A stretch of 64,000 nt of DNA from Eledone cirrhosa (Eukaryota). Location of the stretch: the NCBI GenBank assembly GCA_964016885.1, contig OZ024742.1:321408001-321472000 (forward strand), written 5' to 3'. Under the pieces are notes generated by a model, which ran no database searches, had not been told where the DNA came from, and saw nothing but the letters and a program-made list of their open reading frames with translations. Every line of letters begins with the position of its first letter. Position 1 is the first letter of the stretch. A program made the position numbers and the translations under genes. Below, piece after piece: positions 1 through 13,143 of this stretch.

Positions 1-164
1 TATATGAGTGTCTGTGTGTATTTGCGTGTGTGTGTATATATGTGCACGTGTATGCATGTATATGAAAATTAATATTCTTTCACTAAATGATCATATTTAA
101 TGAATCCCAGATTTTTTTCCTGTGGTAGTTTTGTTTCCTTTATTAACTATATATATATATATAC

Positions 165-374
165 AGATGTTAGAAAAACCACAGACCCTCCATCTCAACT
201 CTACTTTTGAAAAGAACTGCGAAACCGGCGGTAAAGGAACGAAATAAATATATATATATTTTTTAAATAAGACTCCAGTTGCATTATTGATTTCATCTTT
301 TTTTCTTTATACTTTCACTCGTGTAGGACACCTCGGTTATTTTTCATTCTGTAAAAAAAAAACCTCACTTTCTA

Positions 375-376
<2 letters not shown>
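165..376 (+). mobile_element. (TA)n-flanked short repeat module, family A (putative Penelope-like pLTR end with UUGAAAA-variant hammerhead remnant)
   Basis: Homologous copies at 24395-24662, 42228-42390 (reverse), a more distant one at about 51000-51180 (reverse), and a start at 63987-64000. TTGAAAA at 207-213 and GAAA-CCGGCGG-TA at 221-233. Confidence 0.65.
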
Positions 377-453
<77 letters not shown>

Positions 454-468
454 AATATATACATATAT

Positions 469-549
<81 letters not shown>

Positions 550-1199
550 CTTCTAGATGTAGTCTTTGAAATTTTATCTTCATGAATCAAACTGTCTATA
601 AAACACACACATAGAAATACGCATACCTACCTACATACATATATACACACATACCTATACACATACATACATTCATACATACATACACACATACATACAT
701 GCATACATACATACATATATATATACATACATTCATATTTGCATACATACATACATACATATTTGCATACATTCATACATACTTACATACATACATACAT
801 ACATATATACATATATACATTTACACATACATACATACATACCTGTGTATATAGGTATAGACAAGCAGTGCAATGAAGCGTGTGTGCATAAATCGACGTT
901 GCATGAACATGCTTAAAGCAAAGCATCTGATGTGTTGTGATGTGTGGAGATATGCTTGATCTGGTACAAAATAGCCCGGCATATTTGCGCATACTACAAA
1001 CACACGCATATACACACAGACACGGGAAAAAACATACTTCTACATACGCAGAAGCACATAGTAATACACACATATGATTACATACACATACGTAGTCATG
1101 CACGAACAGAAACGTACACTCAGCGGCGTACAGACATACACTTTCACCTGAAGATACATATAGATAGATAGACAGATTGACACACAGAGAGATAGATAG

Positions 1200-3010
1200 A
1201 TTTCTTTATTAGCCACAATGGCGCAACAAGAAAGGGGACAATACAAAGACATGCCGGGGATTTTACATACAGTCGTGTAAAAAATATAAAAACAAACAAT
1301 TTCAACAATCGAAATCCCCAATAGGGAGAAGGCGCCACAAATGGGTTGTTTAATACCCCGTCGATAGAACAACCCTCAACTCGAGGAGCGTGTTGTGCAA
1401 GTGCTCCTTTCTTCCTTTTGCTCTCTTCCTCAACCTACAGGCTTATAAACAGAGAAGGCCCAATCACTCGGGCCATTTTCGCTTCATTCACCCACCTTTC
1501 AGTAAATTTACTGGGGTGTAGTGCCTCTCTCTCCACCCTGATTCTCCTTCTAAAGTGATACTTAAAGAAGGGAATCAATTGTTGTCCGGAGAGAAAGGCA
1601 TCTGTCCTCAGTCCTCTCAACCTCGTCCACCATATAACTTCTTTCACCATAGCCACCGTACAGAGGAAAACCGCCTCTCTTTCGTTTTTGAAAGAGTCTG
1701 GCGGTTTGATCCTTACTATGGACTTGGCAGTCAACTGTATTTGTCCCATACGCGACAGCAGTTGTTCTGCATAGTTCCACAGGTCGCTAACGCCCGGGCA
1801 GTGTACAATTGCGTGCAGAACTGTTTCAATGTCCTGCGCACATCTTGGACACGTCCTCTTGGAAGGATCCCTGCCAGGGCGTCCGTGCCTGTAGATCTTG
1901 TCACGAACCGGTAGAGCTCCTCGGTAGCACTGCCAGGCCAGGGACCTCTGGAAGTTGTCCATAGGTCCCGGGCGGAAAGTCCTACCAAACAGACTGGTGA
2001 GCTCATCGTCTTCGACGTCCAGAGTCTCTCCGAGCACGTCGTCGCTCTTGTAACGTACAATCCCTCTATAGAATGTCGAAGTGGAGTCTCCACTGATTGC
2101 TGCGCCCGCTTTCCAGAGGACTGTGAGCGCCTGAGCGCATTCAGTGTGCCAGGCGCCCATCGTTTTCGGTCTTTTCTTCACCCAGGACTGCAGCTCCGTT
2201 AGCAAGACGAGCTGTGGGAAAGCCTATCTCACAAACGGTGCCCACACCGGTTGGGGGTCGGTGAGGAATACCTGGAGATGCCGCAGCCTCAGCGCATGTT
2301 TGCGCATCATCAGCCACGGCATTCCCAGCCCTCCGTTGGAAGGGTGCTAACAGCAGACGGATCTCCTCACCAGCGGAGCCTGCTTCTTCCACAGAAACTG
2401 GAAGAGCATGCGTTCCATCTTGGCGAGGTGTTCACGGGGACAAGGCACGACAGTCAAGCGGTAGTAGATGACGGACGCTATGAAAGTGTTCGCCACCTCC
2501 GCTCGACCTTTCAAGGACAGTTTGCACTCTGCCCACTTCTGAGTGAGTGCAAACACCTTGGCCGTGACCTCGTTCCAGTTTTTCTCCACCTGGAGGTCTG
2601 GACCGAACCTGACCCCGAGCAATTTCACCGGTCCGTCCGTCCAGCGTCCAACGACGCTGTCGGATGTCATCGGTTTGCCTCTCCACGTACCGAGTTGCAA
2701 ACCGACAGACTTGTCTGGGTTTAGTTTTGCTCCCGTCAGCGTTTCGTATTCTTTCAGTATGTTGCCGATCACCCCGAATTCCGAGGTGCTCGACACCATT
2801 ACTGTCACGTCGTCGGCATAAGCCGACGCCGCTTTGCGCAGTCCCGGTTCTAGGGGGATGCCCTGCAACAGCTCCAATTTCCGCAGTAGTGGCTCTAGAG
2901 TCAATACATACAGAATGGAGGAGAGAGGGCATCCTTGTCGAATGGAACGCGTGATTGCGAACGGCTCCGATAGGTAGCCGTTCACCTTGACCCTCGAGCA
3001 GATGCTAACG
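1200..3010 (-). mobile_element. 5'-truncated Tx1-type non-LTR retrotransposon, copy A (RT 3' half plus C-terminal zinc-binding domain, frameshifted)
   Basis: ORF 2347-3078 has SIRQGCPLS and AYADDVTV. ORF 1435-2205 has CPRC...ETVLHAIVHC. The 3' end AATAAAGAAA runs into (TCTA)n. Confidence 0.93.
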
Positions 3011-3039
3011 TGTAAAATACTATCACAAAGATAGATATC

Positions 3040-3996
3040 TTTCTTTATTTGCCACAGGGGCGTACAGAAATGGGACATTACAAGACGTGACGGCGGGGGT
3101 TTTACATAAAAATAACTTTAACATTAATAAATAACAATAAACTATATATAATAAAATAACAATTGGAATCCCCAGTAGGGGGAACGTTACTGCAGGGTTG
3201 TTTTACACCCCGTGGATAGAACAACCCTCAACACCAGGAACACGTTTTGTAGGTGTTCCTGTCTTCCCTCTGTTTATCTTCCTCAACCTACAGGTTTATA
3301 TACAGAGAAGGCCCATTCACTCGGGCCATTTTTGGCACATTCACCTTTCAGCGAATTTACTGGGGTGTAGCACCTCTCTCTCTACTCTCACCTTCCTTCT
3401 GAAGTGATACTTAAAGAAGGGGATAAGTTGTCCGGGGAGAAAGGTGTTTGCCCTCAGTCCTTTTAACATCGTCCACCATATTACCTCTTTCGCCATAGCC
3501 ACCAGACGGAGGAAAACCGCATCTCCTTCGTTCTTAAATGAAGGCGGCGGGGTGATCCTCACGATGGACTCGGCTGACAACTGGATGCGTCCCACACGTG
3601 ACAGCAGCTGTTCGACATAATTCCACAGGTCGGTCATCCCTGGGCACTGAACAACTGCGTGCAGAACGGTTTCGATGTCCTGCTCGCATCTTGGACAGGT
3701 CCTTTTGGCAGGATCTCTGCCAGGGCGTCCGTGCCTGTAGATTTTGTCCCGAACTGGTAGAGCTCCTCAGTAACACTGCCAGGCCAGAGACCTCTGGAAG
3801 TTATCCATAGGCCCTGGACGGAATGTCCTCCCGAACAGACTGGTCAGCTCGTCCTCCTCGATGCCTAGAGTTTTCCTGAGAACGTCGTCGCACTTATCCT
3901 CCACTAATCCCCTATAGAATGTCGAAGTGGAGTCTCCGCTGATTGCTGTTTCCGCTTGGTAGAGGGTTGTGAGCGCCTGTAGGCACTCGAGGTGCC
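3040..3996 (-). mobile_element. 5'-truncated Tx1-type LINE, copy B (C-terminal region and 3' UTR)
   Basis: ORFs 3767-4249 and 3341-3637 match the C-terminus of copies A and D (FRPGPMDNFQRSLAWQCY, QLIPFFKYHF). Same 3' terminus. Confidence 0.9.
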
Positions 3997-4076
3997 GACA
4001 CACAGAGAGATAGATATATTTCTTTATTAGCCACAAGGGCGCACAAGAAAGATAGATAGATAGAGAGAGAGAGAGA

Positions 4077-4154
<78 letters not shown>

Positions 4155-4384
4155 GGGAGAAAGAGAGCAAGAGATAATAATATGTAGATAAACCTATACA
4201 TATGTGCGTGTGTATGTGTGCATTGTATATATGCATTGTATATATGCATATATGTATGTTATATATATGTGTAGGATCATATATATATGTGATATTCACA
4301 CAAAATCAGAGGTGAGCTTCCATAGTGATGCATATCTGAGAATCTTATGCATGTATGTTATATAAAGATAGACAAATATCATAT

Positions 4385-4435
<51 letters not shown>

Positions 4436-4436
4436 T

Positions 4437-4494
<58 letters not shown>

Positions 4495-4732
4495 TTCTTT
4501 ATTAGCCACAGGGGCACAAAAGAAGGGGACAAATACAAAGGGGGAAGTTTACATACAATAAAAACGTGTAAAATGTTATCACAAATGGAATTTAAAAAGT
4601 TAGTCGATTTTCCCCAATAGAGGGAGACAGTTTATATGGGTAACACATACCCCCGAAAAAAAATGTGCAACCCTCATCTCCAGGAGTACGAAGAGTTTGT
4701 ACTCCTTTCCTGTCCTCCTCCTTTTCCTCAAC

Positions 4733-7046
4733 CTACACGCTGATATAGAGAGAAGGCCCATTCACTCGGGCCATTCTCGCCACTTTCACCCACCTTTCAT
4801 AAAACTTGCTGGGGTACAGCACCTCTCTCTCCATCCTGATTCTTCTTCCAAAGTGGTATTTGAAAAAAAGAATCAGTTGTTGGCCGGAGAGAAAGGTGTC
4901 TGACCTCAGCCCTTTCAACCTTGTCCACCATACAACCTCTTTCGCCATAGCTATCACACAAAGGAAAACCGCCTCTCCTTCGTTTTTGAAGGAGGGTGGC
5001 GGTTTGATCATGACAATGGACTCGGTGGTCAACCGGATTGGTCCCACCCGCGACAATAGTCGTTCTACATAGCCCCACAGGTCAGTGATGCCCGGGCAGT
5101 GTATGAATGCGTGCGCGACGGTTTCTTCGTCTCGCACGCACCTCGGACAGATCTTTTTTGCAGGGTCCCTGCCCGGGCGCCCATGTCTGTAGAGCTTGTC
5201 TCGAACTGGTAGAGCTCCTCGGTAGCACTGCCAGGCCAGGGACTTTTGGAAGTTGTCCATCGGTCCCGGGCGGAAGGTCTTACCGAACAGACTGGCCAGT
5301 TCATCTTCCTCTACGCCTAGTTTCACCGAGCGCGTCGTCGCACTTGCTGCGGACCAACCCTCTATAGAATGACGAACTGGAGTCTCCACTGATCGCCGGG
5401 TCCGCCTGCCAGAGGGTTGTGAGCGCCTGAGCACATTCGATGTGCCAGTCGCCCATTTTCCTCGGTCTTTGCTTGACCCAGGACTGCAGCTCGGTCAGCG
5501 AGACGAGTCGTTGGAAGCTCGTCTCACGAACGGGGCCCACACCGGTGTCCGGTGAGGAATACGTAGAGATGCCGCAGCCTGAGCGCGTGTTTGCGCATCG
5601 TCAACCACGGCATCCCCAGCCCTCCGTTAGAAGGGTGTTGGCAGCAGATGGATCTTCTCACCAAAGGAGCCCGTTTCTTCCAAAGGAATTGGAAGAGCGC
5701 GCGCTCCATTTTGGCGAGCGTTTTGGCTGGACAGGGCACGACGGTCAAGCGGTAGTAAATGGCGGACGCTATAAAAGTGTTCGCCACCTCCGCTCGACCT
5801 TTCAAGGATAGTTTGCACTCGGCCCACTTCTGGGTGAGGGCAAAGACCTTGGCCGTCACTTCGTTCCAGTTCTTCTCCACTTGGAGGTCTGAACCAAACC
5901 AGACCCCGAGCAGCTTTCCGGTCCTTCCGTCCAGCGTCCGACGACGCCATCGGAAGGCATCGGTTTGCCTCTCCACGAGCCGAGTTGCAAACCGATGGAC
6001 TTGTCCCGGTTCAGCTTCGCTCCTGTGAGACTTTCGTATTCCTTCAGTAAGGTGCCGACTTCCTCGATTTGCGAGGCGCTCGACACCATTACTGTCACGT
6101 CGTCGGCGTAGGCCGACACCGCTTTCCGCAGTCCCTGTTGCAGAGGGATGCCCTGAAATAGCTCCAGCTTCCGCAGTAGTGGCTCGAGAGTCAGTACGTA
6201 CAGAAGGGAGGAGAGAGGGCATCCCTGTCGAATGGATCGCGTAATATGGAACGGCTCCGAGAGGTAGCCGTTCACCTTGACCCTTGAGCAGATGTTGCTG
6301 TTGTGCATTGCAGCAATCCAGCCCCTGAACACGGGTCCGAAGCCTGCCGCCTCGAGCACCGCATCCAGGTAACGATGGTCAACCCTATCGAAAGCCTTAG
6401 ACTGATCCAAATTGATCAGGGCCCCACCGAAGCCGGGTTTACACCCTACTCTCTCTATGATGTATCGCATGAGGTGGAGGTTGTCGTGTATGGACCTGGT
6501 CGGGATTGCGCATGTCTGCGCTTCTCCCACCAGGTTCTCGACGACAAGCGCCAGCCTCTTTGCCAACACCTTGGCCAAAATCTGTAACTCTGTGTTTAGC
6601 AGAGTTATGGGCCGGAAGTTGCCTATGTCATCCCCCTTATTCTCGTCCTTCCTGATTAGTGTGACCACGCTCCCGTTCTGTTGCCAGTTGCAGTAGACCG
6701 CTTCCAGGAGACCGGAGAACAAGTCCGGCATTGCTACGTAAAATTCGTAGGGTAGACCGTCGAGACCTGGAGATTTGCGTTTGCCGCATTGGCTCAGCGC
6801 GTCCCCTATTTCAGCGGCTGAAATCGGCTTTTCGCAGAACTTTGCCTCGCTGTCCGAGAGTCGCGGTAGGCCGTCGAGGTATGGACCGAAATTCATAGCC
6901 TCTCCCGGCGCGCCGCCCCTCCCGAACAGTTGAGCAAAGTGCCGCTGAAAAGCCGCACACATCTGCTTCGGCTCACGTATCACGCGTCCGTTTTGGTCCT
7001 TCAAAGACCGAATCGTGGACTTGTTGCTACTTTTTGCCTCCGTCAC
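4733..7046 (-). pseudogene. ORF2 reverse transcriptase and C-terminal zinc-binding region (several frameshifts)
   Basis: KSPGLDGLP, NFRPITLLN, LDQSKAFDRV, RQGCPLS, AYADD, GGLGMP, and CPRC...ETVAHAFIHC. Confidence 0.95.
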
Positions 7047-7052
7047 TCGGGC

Positions 7053-8141
7053 TCAGCTAACAGCTTTGGCTCCCTCGTTTCCCAGAGCACGTATTTTGCT
7101 TCTGACAACGCAGCCCTCGTGCTTTGCGTCGAAGAACTGGTCCAAGGCCGTTCTCGTTGCTAGCACGCTGGCTACGTTGCCACTTCTAATTGCCTCTTCT
7201 ACTTTATCTACCAGTTCCTTCTCGGTTCTATTTCTATCTAACGCTAATTCTTTACTAAAAACTATCGAGTCTAATCTAACTGCCCTCTTGAGAGAGTACC
7301 ACCATCTGTTGTTGACAATGGCCCCTGTCAAGTGCTGTTTAACTAAAGTGCTAATCCGTCTACTGTAGGCTTTGCTTGTCGGTAACGACAAGTTCAGCTT
7401 CCAGTAGCCGGGTCCTTGTCTATGGGTTCTATCAAGGTTGGCCATGCAGGTCACTAGTTTGTGATCTGAATAGGCAACCATGAACATTTGTGGACAGCTT
7501 AACATGTCCCTATCCTTATTTCTAACTAGAACCCTATCTAGGTACGATCTAGATGTTCCGCTACGATTACTCCACGTCCACAGTGGCGCAGTCGGAAAAT
7601 CTAGTCGATATCTATCGGCCAGGTCAAATCGGTCGATTAACTGTTTGAGGCTGTTACACCCCTCTTTATCGGGACATGCTCCCACATAATCCCAACGTGC
7701 ATCTAGGATTCCATTCCAGTCCCCCACTAAAAGCAAGGAGCGGGTTGTTCCCAGAAAAGTCTCTAGACGTTTGAAGAAGTCTGGCCGCGGTGTCCCGGAT
7801 CGGGCATATGCGGCCACCAGCCTGAAGGCTCCACCTTCACTACCGTCAACGTCTAGGACCACCAGTCGACCCTCCGGGTCCAGATGTATCGTCTGTGTTA
7901 CGAGGCCCAGGTGTTTCCGCAGCAAAACGGCAACTCCGCCCCCACCCCCCGGTTGACAGAGAGATGCGTAGATCTCAAAGTCATCGAAGATGAGGGTCAG
8001 CTGTCGCTTGCTGTGGATCCTGGACTCGCAAATGGCTACCACATCCATACTGTGCGACCTGAGGTCGTTTAAGTGTTTGCCCTGTTTCCAGGGCATCCCC
8101 AGGCCGCGTACGTTCACACATCCAACTCTTATATTGGCCAT
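7053..8141 (-). pseudogene. ORF2 apurinic/apyrimidinic-type endonuclease domain
   Basis: GCVNVRGL, ICES, LVGDWN, SYLDRVL, SDH and GPGYWKLN are diagnostic L1/Tx1 APE motifs. Confidence 0.95.
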
Positions 8142-8174
8142 GTTGGTGCTGAAAAGTTAAAAGAGGAAAAGAGA

Positions 8175-10062
8175 TCACTCACCCTTCGTCTCCTGGGGAC
8201 CAGGCCGCACGATTTCCATGGGGGTGTTGGAGCGGTTGTCTGGATGGTTGGTGGTTTCCGGCGGGTTGGGGACAGAGATGTTTGGTGGGGTCTGGTGGGA
8301 TGGGGGTGTCTGGGTGGGGAGATATTTGTGAAGGACGCGGTTGAGTGGTTTCACGCAGGAATTCCCCACATCCTTCTCAAATGTTTCTTTTAGGGACCTA
8401 TAAGTTTGTATAGGGACCCTAATCAGTTTTAGGTTTAGTTTTTTGCTATTTTTAATAGATTGGGCGAAAGTTTTCCCTTCGGTTTTCACCGAAGGGTCGT
8501 TCGTGATGGTCTCCATTAGTGTTTTGTTTTCAGTGTTTATGTAAGTGTAAGTGCAATTTTCTTGTGTTGTGTTTGTTTTGTCTGTAGTTCTTGTGTGTGC
8601 TTTCGTTTTGTTGTAGGTATTTTGTTTTCAGGAGGTGGGGGTTTTGTTTGTGTTGGTGGTTGTATGTTTGTGGTAGTGTTTGCTGGTTTTTTGCTTTTAT
8701 GATGTCTTTTCTTTCTTTTCGAGCGATGGGGTTCTCCCTCGTCTTCACTGGGTGATGGCGAGATAGCCTCATCTGTTGTATCGTCTGTGTGATTGGGGAG
8801 GGGTATGTCTTGGGGAGGGGTATGTCTTGGGTAGCTGTTGTGTCTGTATGTGATTTTGCAGTGGTTTTAGGTGGAGTGGGGTTGGGTGGGACTGTGTTTG
8901 TTGTGGTTATTTTTGTGTGTTGGTGTTGTTGTTGTTGTGGTGGTGTTGGTGGTTGTGTTGTTTTGATGGGTGTCGGCAGAAGAGCCTTTTTTTTAGTCAT
9001 TAATTTAGGACAGGAAGCCCTCAGGTGACCCCTGCTAAAGCAATGGTAACATGAAGGCCGCCTACCCTCAACCGAAAAGTTTATGTAGGTGAGTCCGTCC
9101 AGGAGTACACGTTGTGGGATCATAGCTATTCGCTCTGGGCTCATTTGCACCAGAACTTCAATGCTAGTCCCATTGAATACATCTCTGGGGGACTTTCCTA
9201 CTGACAGTATTCTGTCTTCATCAAAATTGATGAAGCCGTACAGTATCCACCATATGTTCACCTTTGGTATGACACTCGTGATTCTGATCTTTTGTGTCCT
9301 TTTTCCCATGTATGTAGGGAAAAGGGTGTACAGGTTGGATACAATTGGCGACACAGAGTAATTTTGGGCCGTCAATTGATCCTTCATGAGTACCGAAATA
9401 CTCCGAAAAAGTTTGCTTCTTTGAATAAATGCAATATCATTCATTGAATTTTTGAAAGCCAGTTCAATATCTTTCTGTGACAATTGGACTGGTTTTCGGG
9501 TAGAATTGGAAACTGTCCTAAAAACTATCGTTTTGAGAGCAGTTTCCTTGCGAATTTCTACCGGAGAATTGATGCTGAAAGCACCATTTTTTTCGAAAGT
9601 GACATATCTCCTAGCGTCCTTTAAAAGTTGTTCAGCATTTGTTATGTCGTGATATATCAGTTCCTCCCTTTTTTTAACTTTCACTGCAAAGGAGATTTTT
9701 GGTTTCTTTGTGGAATCCGTGTTGGTGGTGTTGTCATTATTGTTGTTATTGTTGTTGTTATTCTTGTTGTCACCGATGTTGATATTATTCGTATTTTCCT
9801 TGGTGTTGTTGTTGTCTTTGATGCTGGTGTTATTGGTGTTGTCTTTATTTTTTTCTTTGTTGTTGTTATCATTGTTGCTTTTATCATCATTATTGGTGTT
9901 GCTGTTATTTTTGTTGTCATTGAACTGTTTGGTGTCATTTGTGTTGTTTGGATATGAATTCGTTTTTACATTTTCATTTCGTCTTTCCATCTCTATAGTA
10001 TCTAGTGAAGAAGACGTTGTTGACTGCGAGCTTTGTAGTCTTACCGCCTCTCCACCACCCAT
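8175..10062 (-). pseudogene. LINE ORF1 gag-like protein with Asn-rich N-terminus, CCHC zinc knuckle and Pro/Thr-rich tail (frameshift near 8520-8750)
   Basis: ORF 8530-10062 contains VEGRRPSCYHCFSRGHLRASC (CX2CX4HX4C). It probably continues in ORF 8175-8516 and lies directly upstream of the ORF2 ATG. Confidence 0.85.
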
Positions 10063-10309
10063 TATCGTTGGACGCAGCGTTTATAAAGTAATCAAACTTT
10101 TACAATATTTTTTCAAAGATTCGATGGAGAAAAAATATTTCAAATGGATATTTCGCCCCTGTAGGGGCGAAAATGAGTTGACCCACCACCTGAAAGTCCA
10201 GACGGGGGATCAAGTTACACAATAATATAAAATTTAACTAAAAACTCACGTTTTTTTCTTACATAAATTAACGGAAACTTCTCCGCGAAGTTACACACGT
10301 CTGATAGAG

Positions 10310-10394
<85 letters not shown>

Positions 10395-10407
10395 GATAGA
10401 TAGATAT

Positions 10408-11371
10408 GTTTCTTTATTAGCCACAGGGGCACAAAAGAAGGGGACAATTACAAAGGGGGGAGTTTACATACAATAAAAACGTGTAAAATATTATCACAAA
10501 TGCAAATTAAAAGTTAATCGATTTTCCCCAATAGGGGGAGACTGTTCATATGGGTAGCACATACCCCCGAAAAAAATGTGCAACCCTCATCTCCAGGAGT
10601 ACGAAGAGTTTGTACCTCTTTCCTCTCTTCCTCTTTTTCCTCAACCTACACGCTGATATAGAGAGAAGGCCCATTCACTCGGGCCATTCTCGCCATTTTC
10701 ACTCATCTTTCATAAAACTTGCTGGGGTACAACATCTCTCTCTCCATCCTGATTCTTCTTCCAAAGTGGTATTTGAAAAAAGGAATCAGTTGTTGGCCGG
10801 AGAGAAAGGTGTCTGACCTCAGCCCTTTTAACCTCGTCCACGATATAACCTCTTTCGCCATAGCTATCACACAAAGGAAAACCGCTTCTCCTTCGTTTTT
10901 GAAGGAGGGTGGTGGTTTGATCATGACAATGGACTCGGTGGTTAACCGGATTGGTCCCACCCGCGACAATAGTCGTTCTACATAGCCCCACAGGTCGGTA
11001 ACGCCTGGGCAGTGTATGAATGCGTGCGCGACGGTGTCTTCGTCTTGCACGGATCTCGGACAGATCTTTTTCGAAGGGTCCCTGCTCGGGCGCCCATGTC
11101 TGTAGAGCTTGTCTTGAACTGGTAGAGCTCCTCGGTAGCACTGCCAGGCCAGGGACTTTTGGAAGTTGTCCATCGGTCCCGGGCGGAAGGTCCTACCGAA
11201 CAGACTGGCCAGTTCGTCTTCCTCCACGCCTAGAGTTTCTCCGAGCGCGTCGTCGCACTTGCTGCGGATCAACCCTCTATAGAATGACGAAGTGGAGTCT
11301 CCACTGATCGCCGGGTCCGCCTGCCAGAGGGCTGTGAGCGTCTGAGCACATTCGATATGCCAGTCGCCCAT
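10408..11371 (-). mobile_element. 5'-truncated Tx1-type LINE, copy E, closely similar to the 3' end of copy D
   Basis: ORF 10703-11395 is nearly identical to ORF 4733-5434. (GATA)n lies on both sides. Confidence 0.93.
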
Positions 11372-11613
11372 AGATAGATAGATAGATATTCGCACAAAGT
11401 CAGAAGCGAGCTTACATACTGAGGCATATCTGAGGATCTTTCGACTACAGAGTCAGGTTCGATCAATAATAGATTGTTCTTCGAGCTTATCGACAGTGAA
11501 ACATATGTAATATGTTATTAAATGTTATGATGCAACACTGATTCTTTGTTCCTTTATTCTTGTACTATATATATATATAGAGAGAGAGAGAGAGACAGAG
11601 AGAGAGAGGGAGA

Positions 11614-11689
<76 letters not shown>

Positions 11690-12687
11690 GAGAGAGAGAT
11701 TATAATTTTCGCTCCGACATAGCTGTATACATATAAGTATGTGAATTTCGTACATCTAATGATATATGGTATGTTTACGAATAAACATTTGGAAAGCCTT
11801 CTAACTATTAATATTGAGAAGCTGACGCCTGTTTCAAATTCTAGCAGAGAGCAGGGAAGCACCATCCTGGTGACGGCCAGAGCCAGAAATACATTGTCAA
11901 TTATCCCCCCCCCCTACTACTTCTGCTGGAATCCTTTGCCTTTCATCCTTCCGGGATCGATAAAATACAATACCAGTCAAGTATTGGAATTGAATTAATT
12001 GACATGATTATTCCACACTCACAATTGCTGTGAGTAATTTAGAATTCATTGTTGTATTTCTACTGTTACCTCCGTTTCACTCGTGTTATTAGATGTTTAT
12101 CCTGTTTGCAGTTCAGTCCATTTTTTACTCCGGGGTCGGCATAGTGACATCACTTCATTTCGTCTGTTGAGAAATTACATTTCTTCGTGAATATGTGATA
12201 TTTTCCTGCAGTGCACTAGAGGCATGTTTCTTCCTAACGCTAAATACTTCTCAACCAACCATAGATGCGACATAGTGTTTAATAGGAACAACACAATATT
12301 AGTTATAGCTGACCAAGATACTAAAAGCACACCTTCCAAGTTATACTGTCTTTAAACTGGAACGTCTTTAATCTTATGTGTGCCCAGACCGTGAGCCACA
12401 CAACAACAACTACTATTACTACTGGTGCTGCTGCTACCGACATCACTACCACTACTACTACTATCGCCAGTGGCGGACTGGGTCTAAAAATATTGGTTGC
12501 TAGGAGATGAATGAGGCCTACCTACTTATAAGATGCTATCATTTAATTTTTATAATGAATAAATAATATTTTCGAAAAATACATAATTGGAAACAAAACA
12601 GCGCAAATTTTTGCGGGAAAATATCTTACCTTCTCCAATAAAAAATATTATGTATTTTGCGAAATCCAGAGACTTTCAATAATGACC

Positions 12688-13143
12688 AGAAGTCGACCCT
12701 AAATATTACTATTAGCTCCAGGAAAGCCATGAACGACACCACATATTTTTAACTTTCACTTTGAAAGTAGGTTCATAATTATCAATTTTCATTATACTTT
12801 TGTAACTGTCTCGATGGCCTAGTTGAAGGAATCATAGACGGTGGTAATCCTGGTCTGACGTTCGATCCTGGTCGGGAGTAGGGTTCCCGGTAAACCTTTT
12901 CAGTTTGTTTCTATTGGGTGTAAAATAAAAACTGAAAGAAGGTTACATGTGCCTCATGTCCAGGACTGAACCCAAGGCCAGGATCTCCACCGTCTCTAGT
13001 ACCTACCACTAGGCCACAGAGACAACTACGAAAATATTTCGAAATTTCATACTTATAAACCTACTTTCAACATTTTCCAAACAATGTTTTGGTGTCGTTC
13101 ATGTCTTTCTAAATATTATTGCTCATACTTAAGGTCAACTTCT
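12688..13143. mobile_element. Fold-back element with two convergent tRNA-like (A/B box) cassettes, flanked by about 45-bp direct repeats
   Basis: Ends AGAAGTCGACC / GGTCAACTTCT. Diverged arms of about 220 bp each carry TGGCCTAGT..G (A box) and GTTCGATCC / GGTTCAGTCC (B box). Direct repeat at 12643-12687 and 13144-13188. Confidence 0.7.

Larger units (their letters stand above)
4494..10302 (-). mobile_element. Near full-length (about 5.8 kb) Tx1-type LINE, copy D, with ORF1 and ORF2 disrupted by frameshifts
   Basis: 5' end TCAGACGTG beside (GATA)n at 10302. Contains ORF1, APE, RT and C-terminal zinc domain in order, and the 3' AATAAA runs into (TCTA)n at 4385-4494. Confidence 0.95.

Noticed and set aside
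4494-10302. Tx1 copy D as an active autonomous element
   Set aside because: ORF2 is split by frameshifts (about 7050, 5920, 5540, 5320) and has a small deletion near 6670. Sequencing error cannot be excluded.
12807-13025. Functional tRNA genes
   Set aside because: A/B boxes are present, but the cloverleaf stems are degenerate and embedded in a fold-back element.
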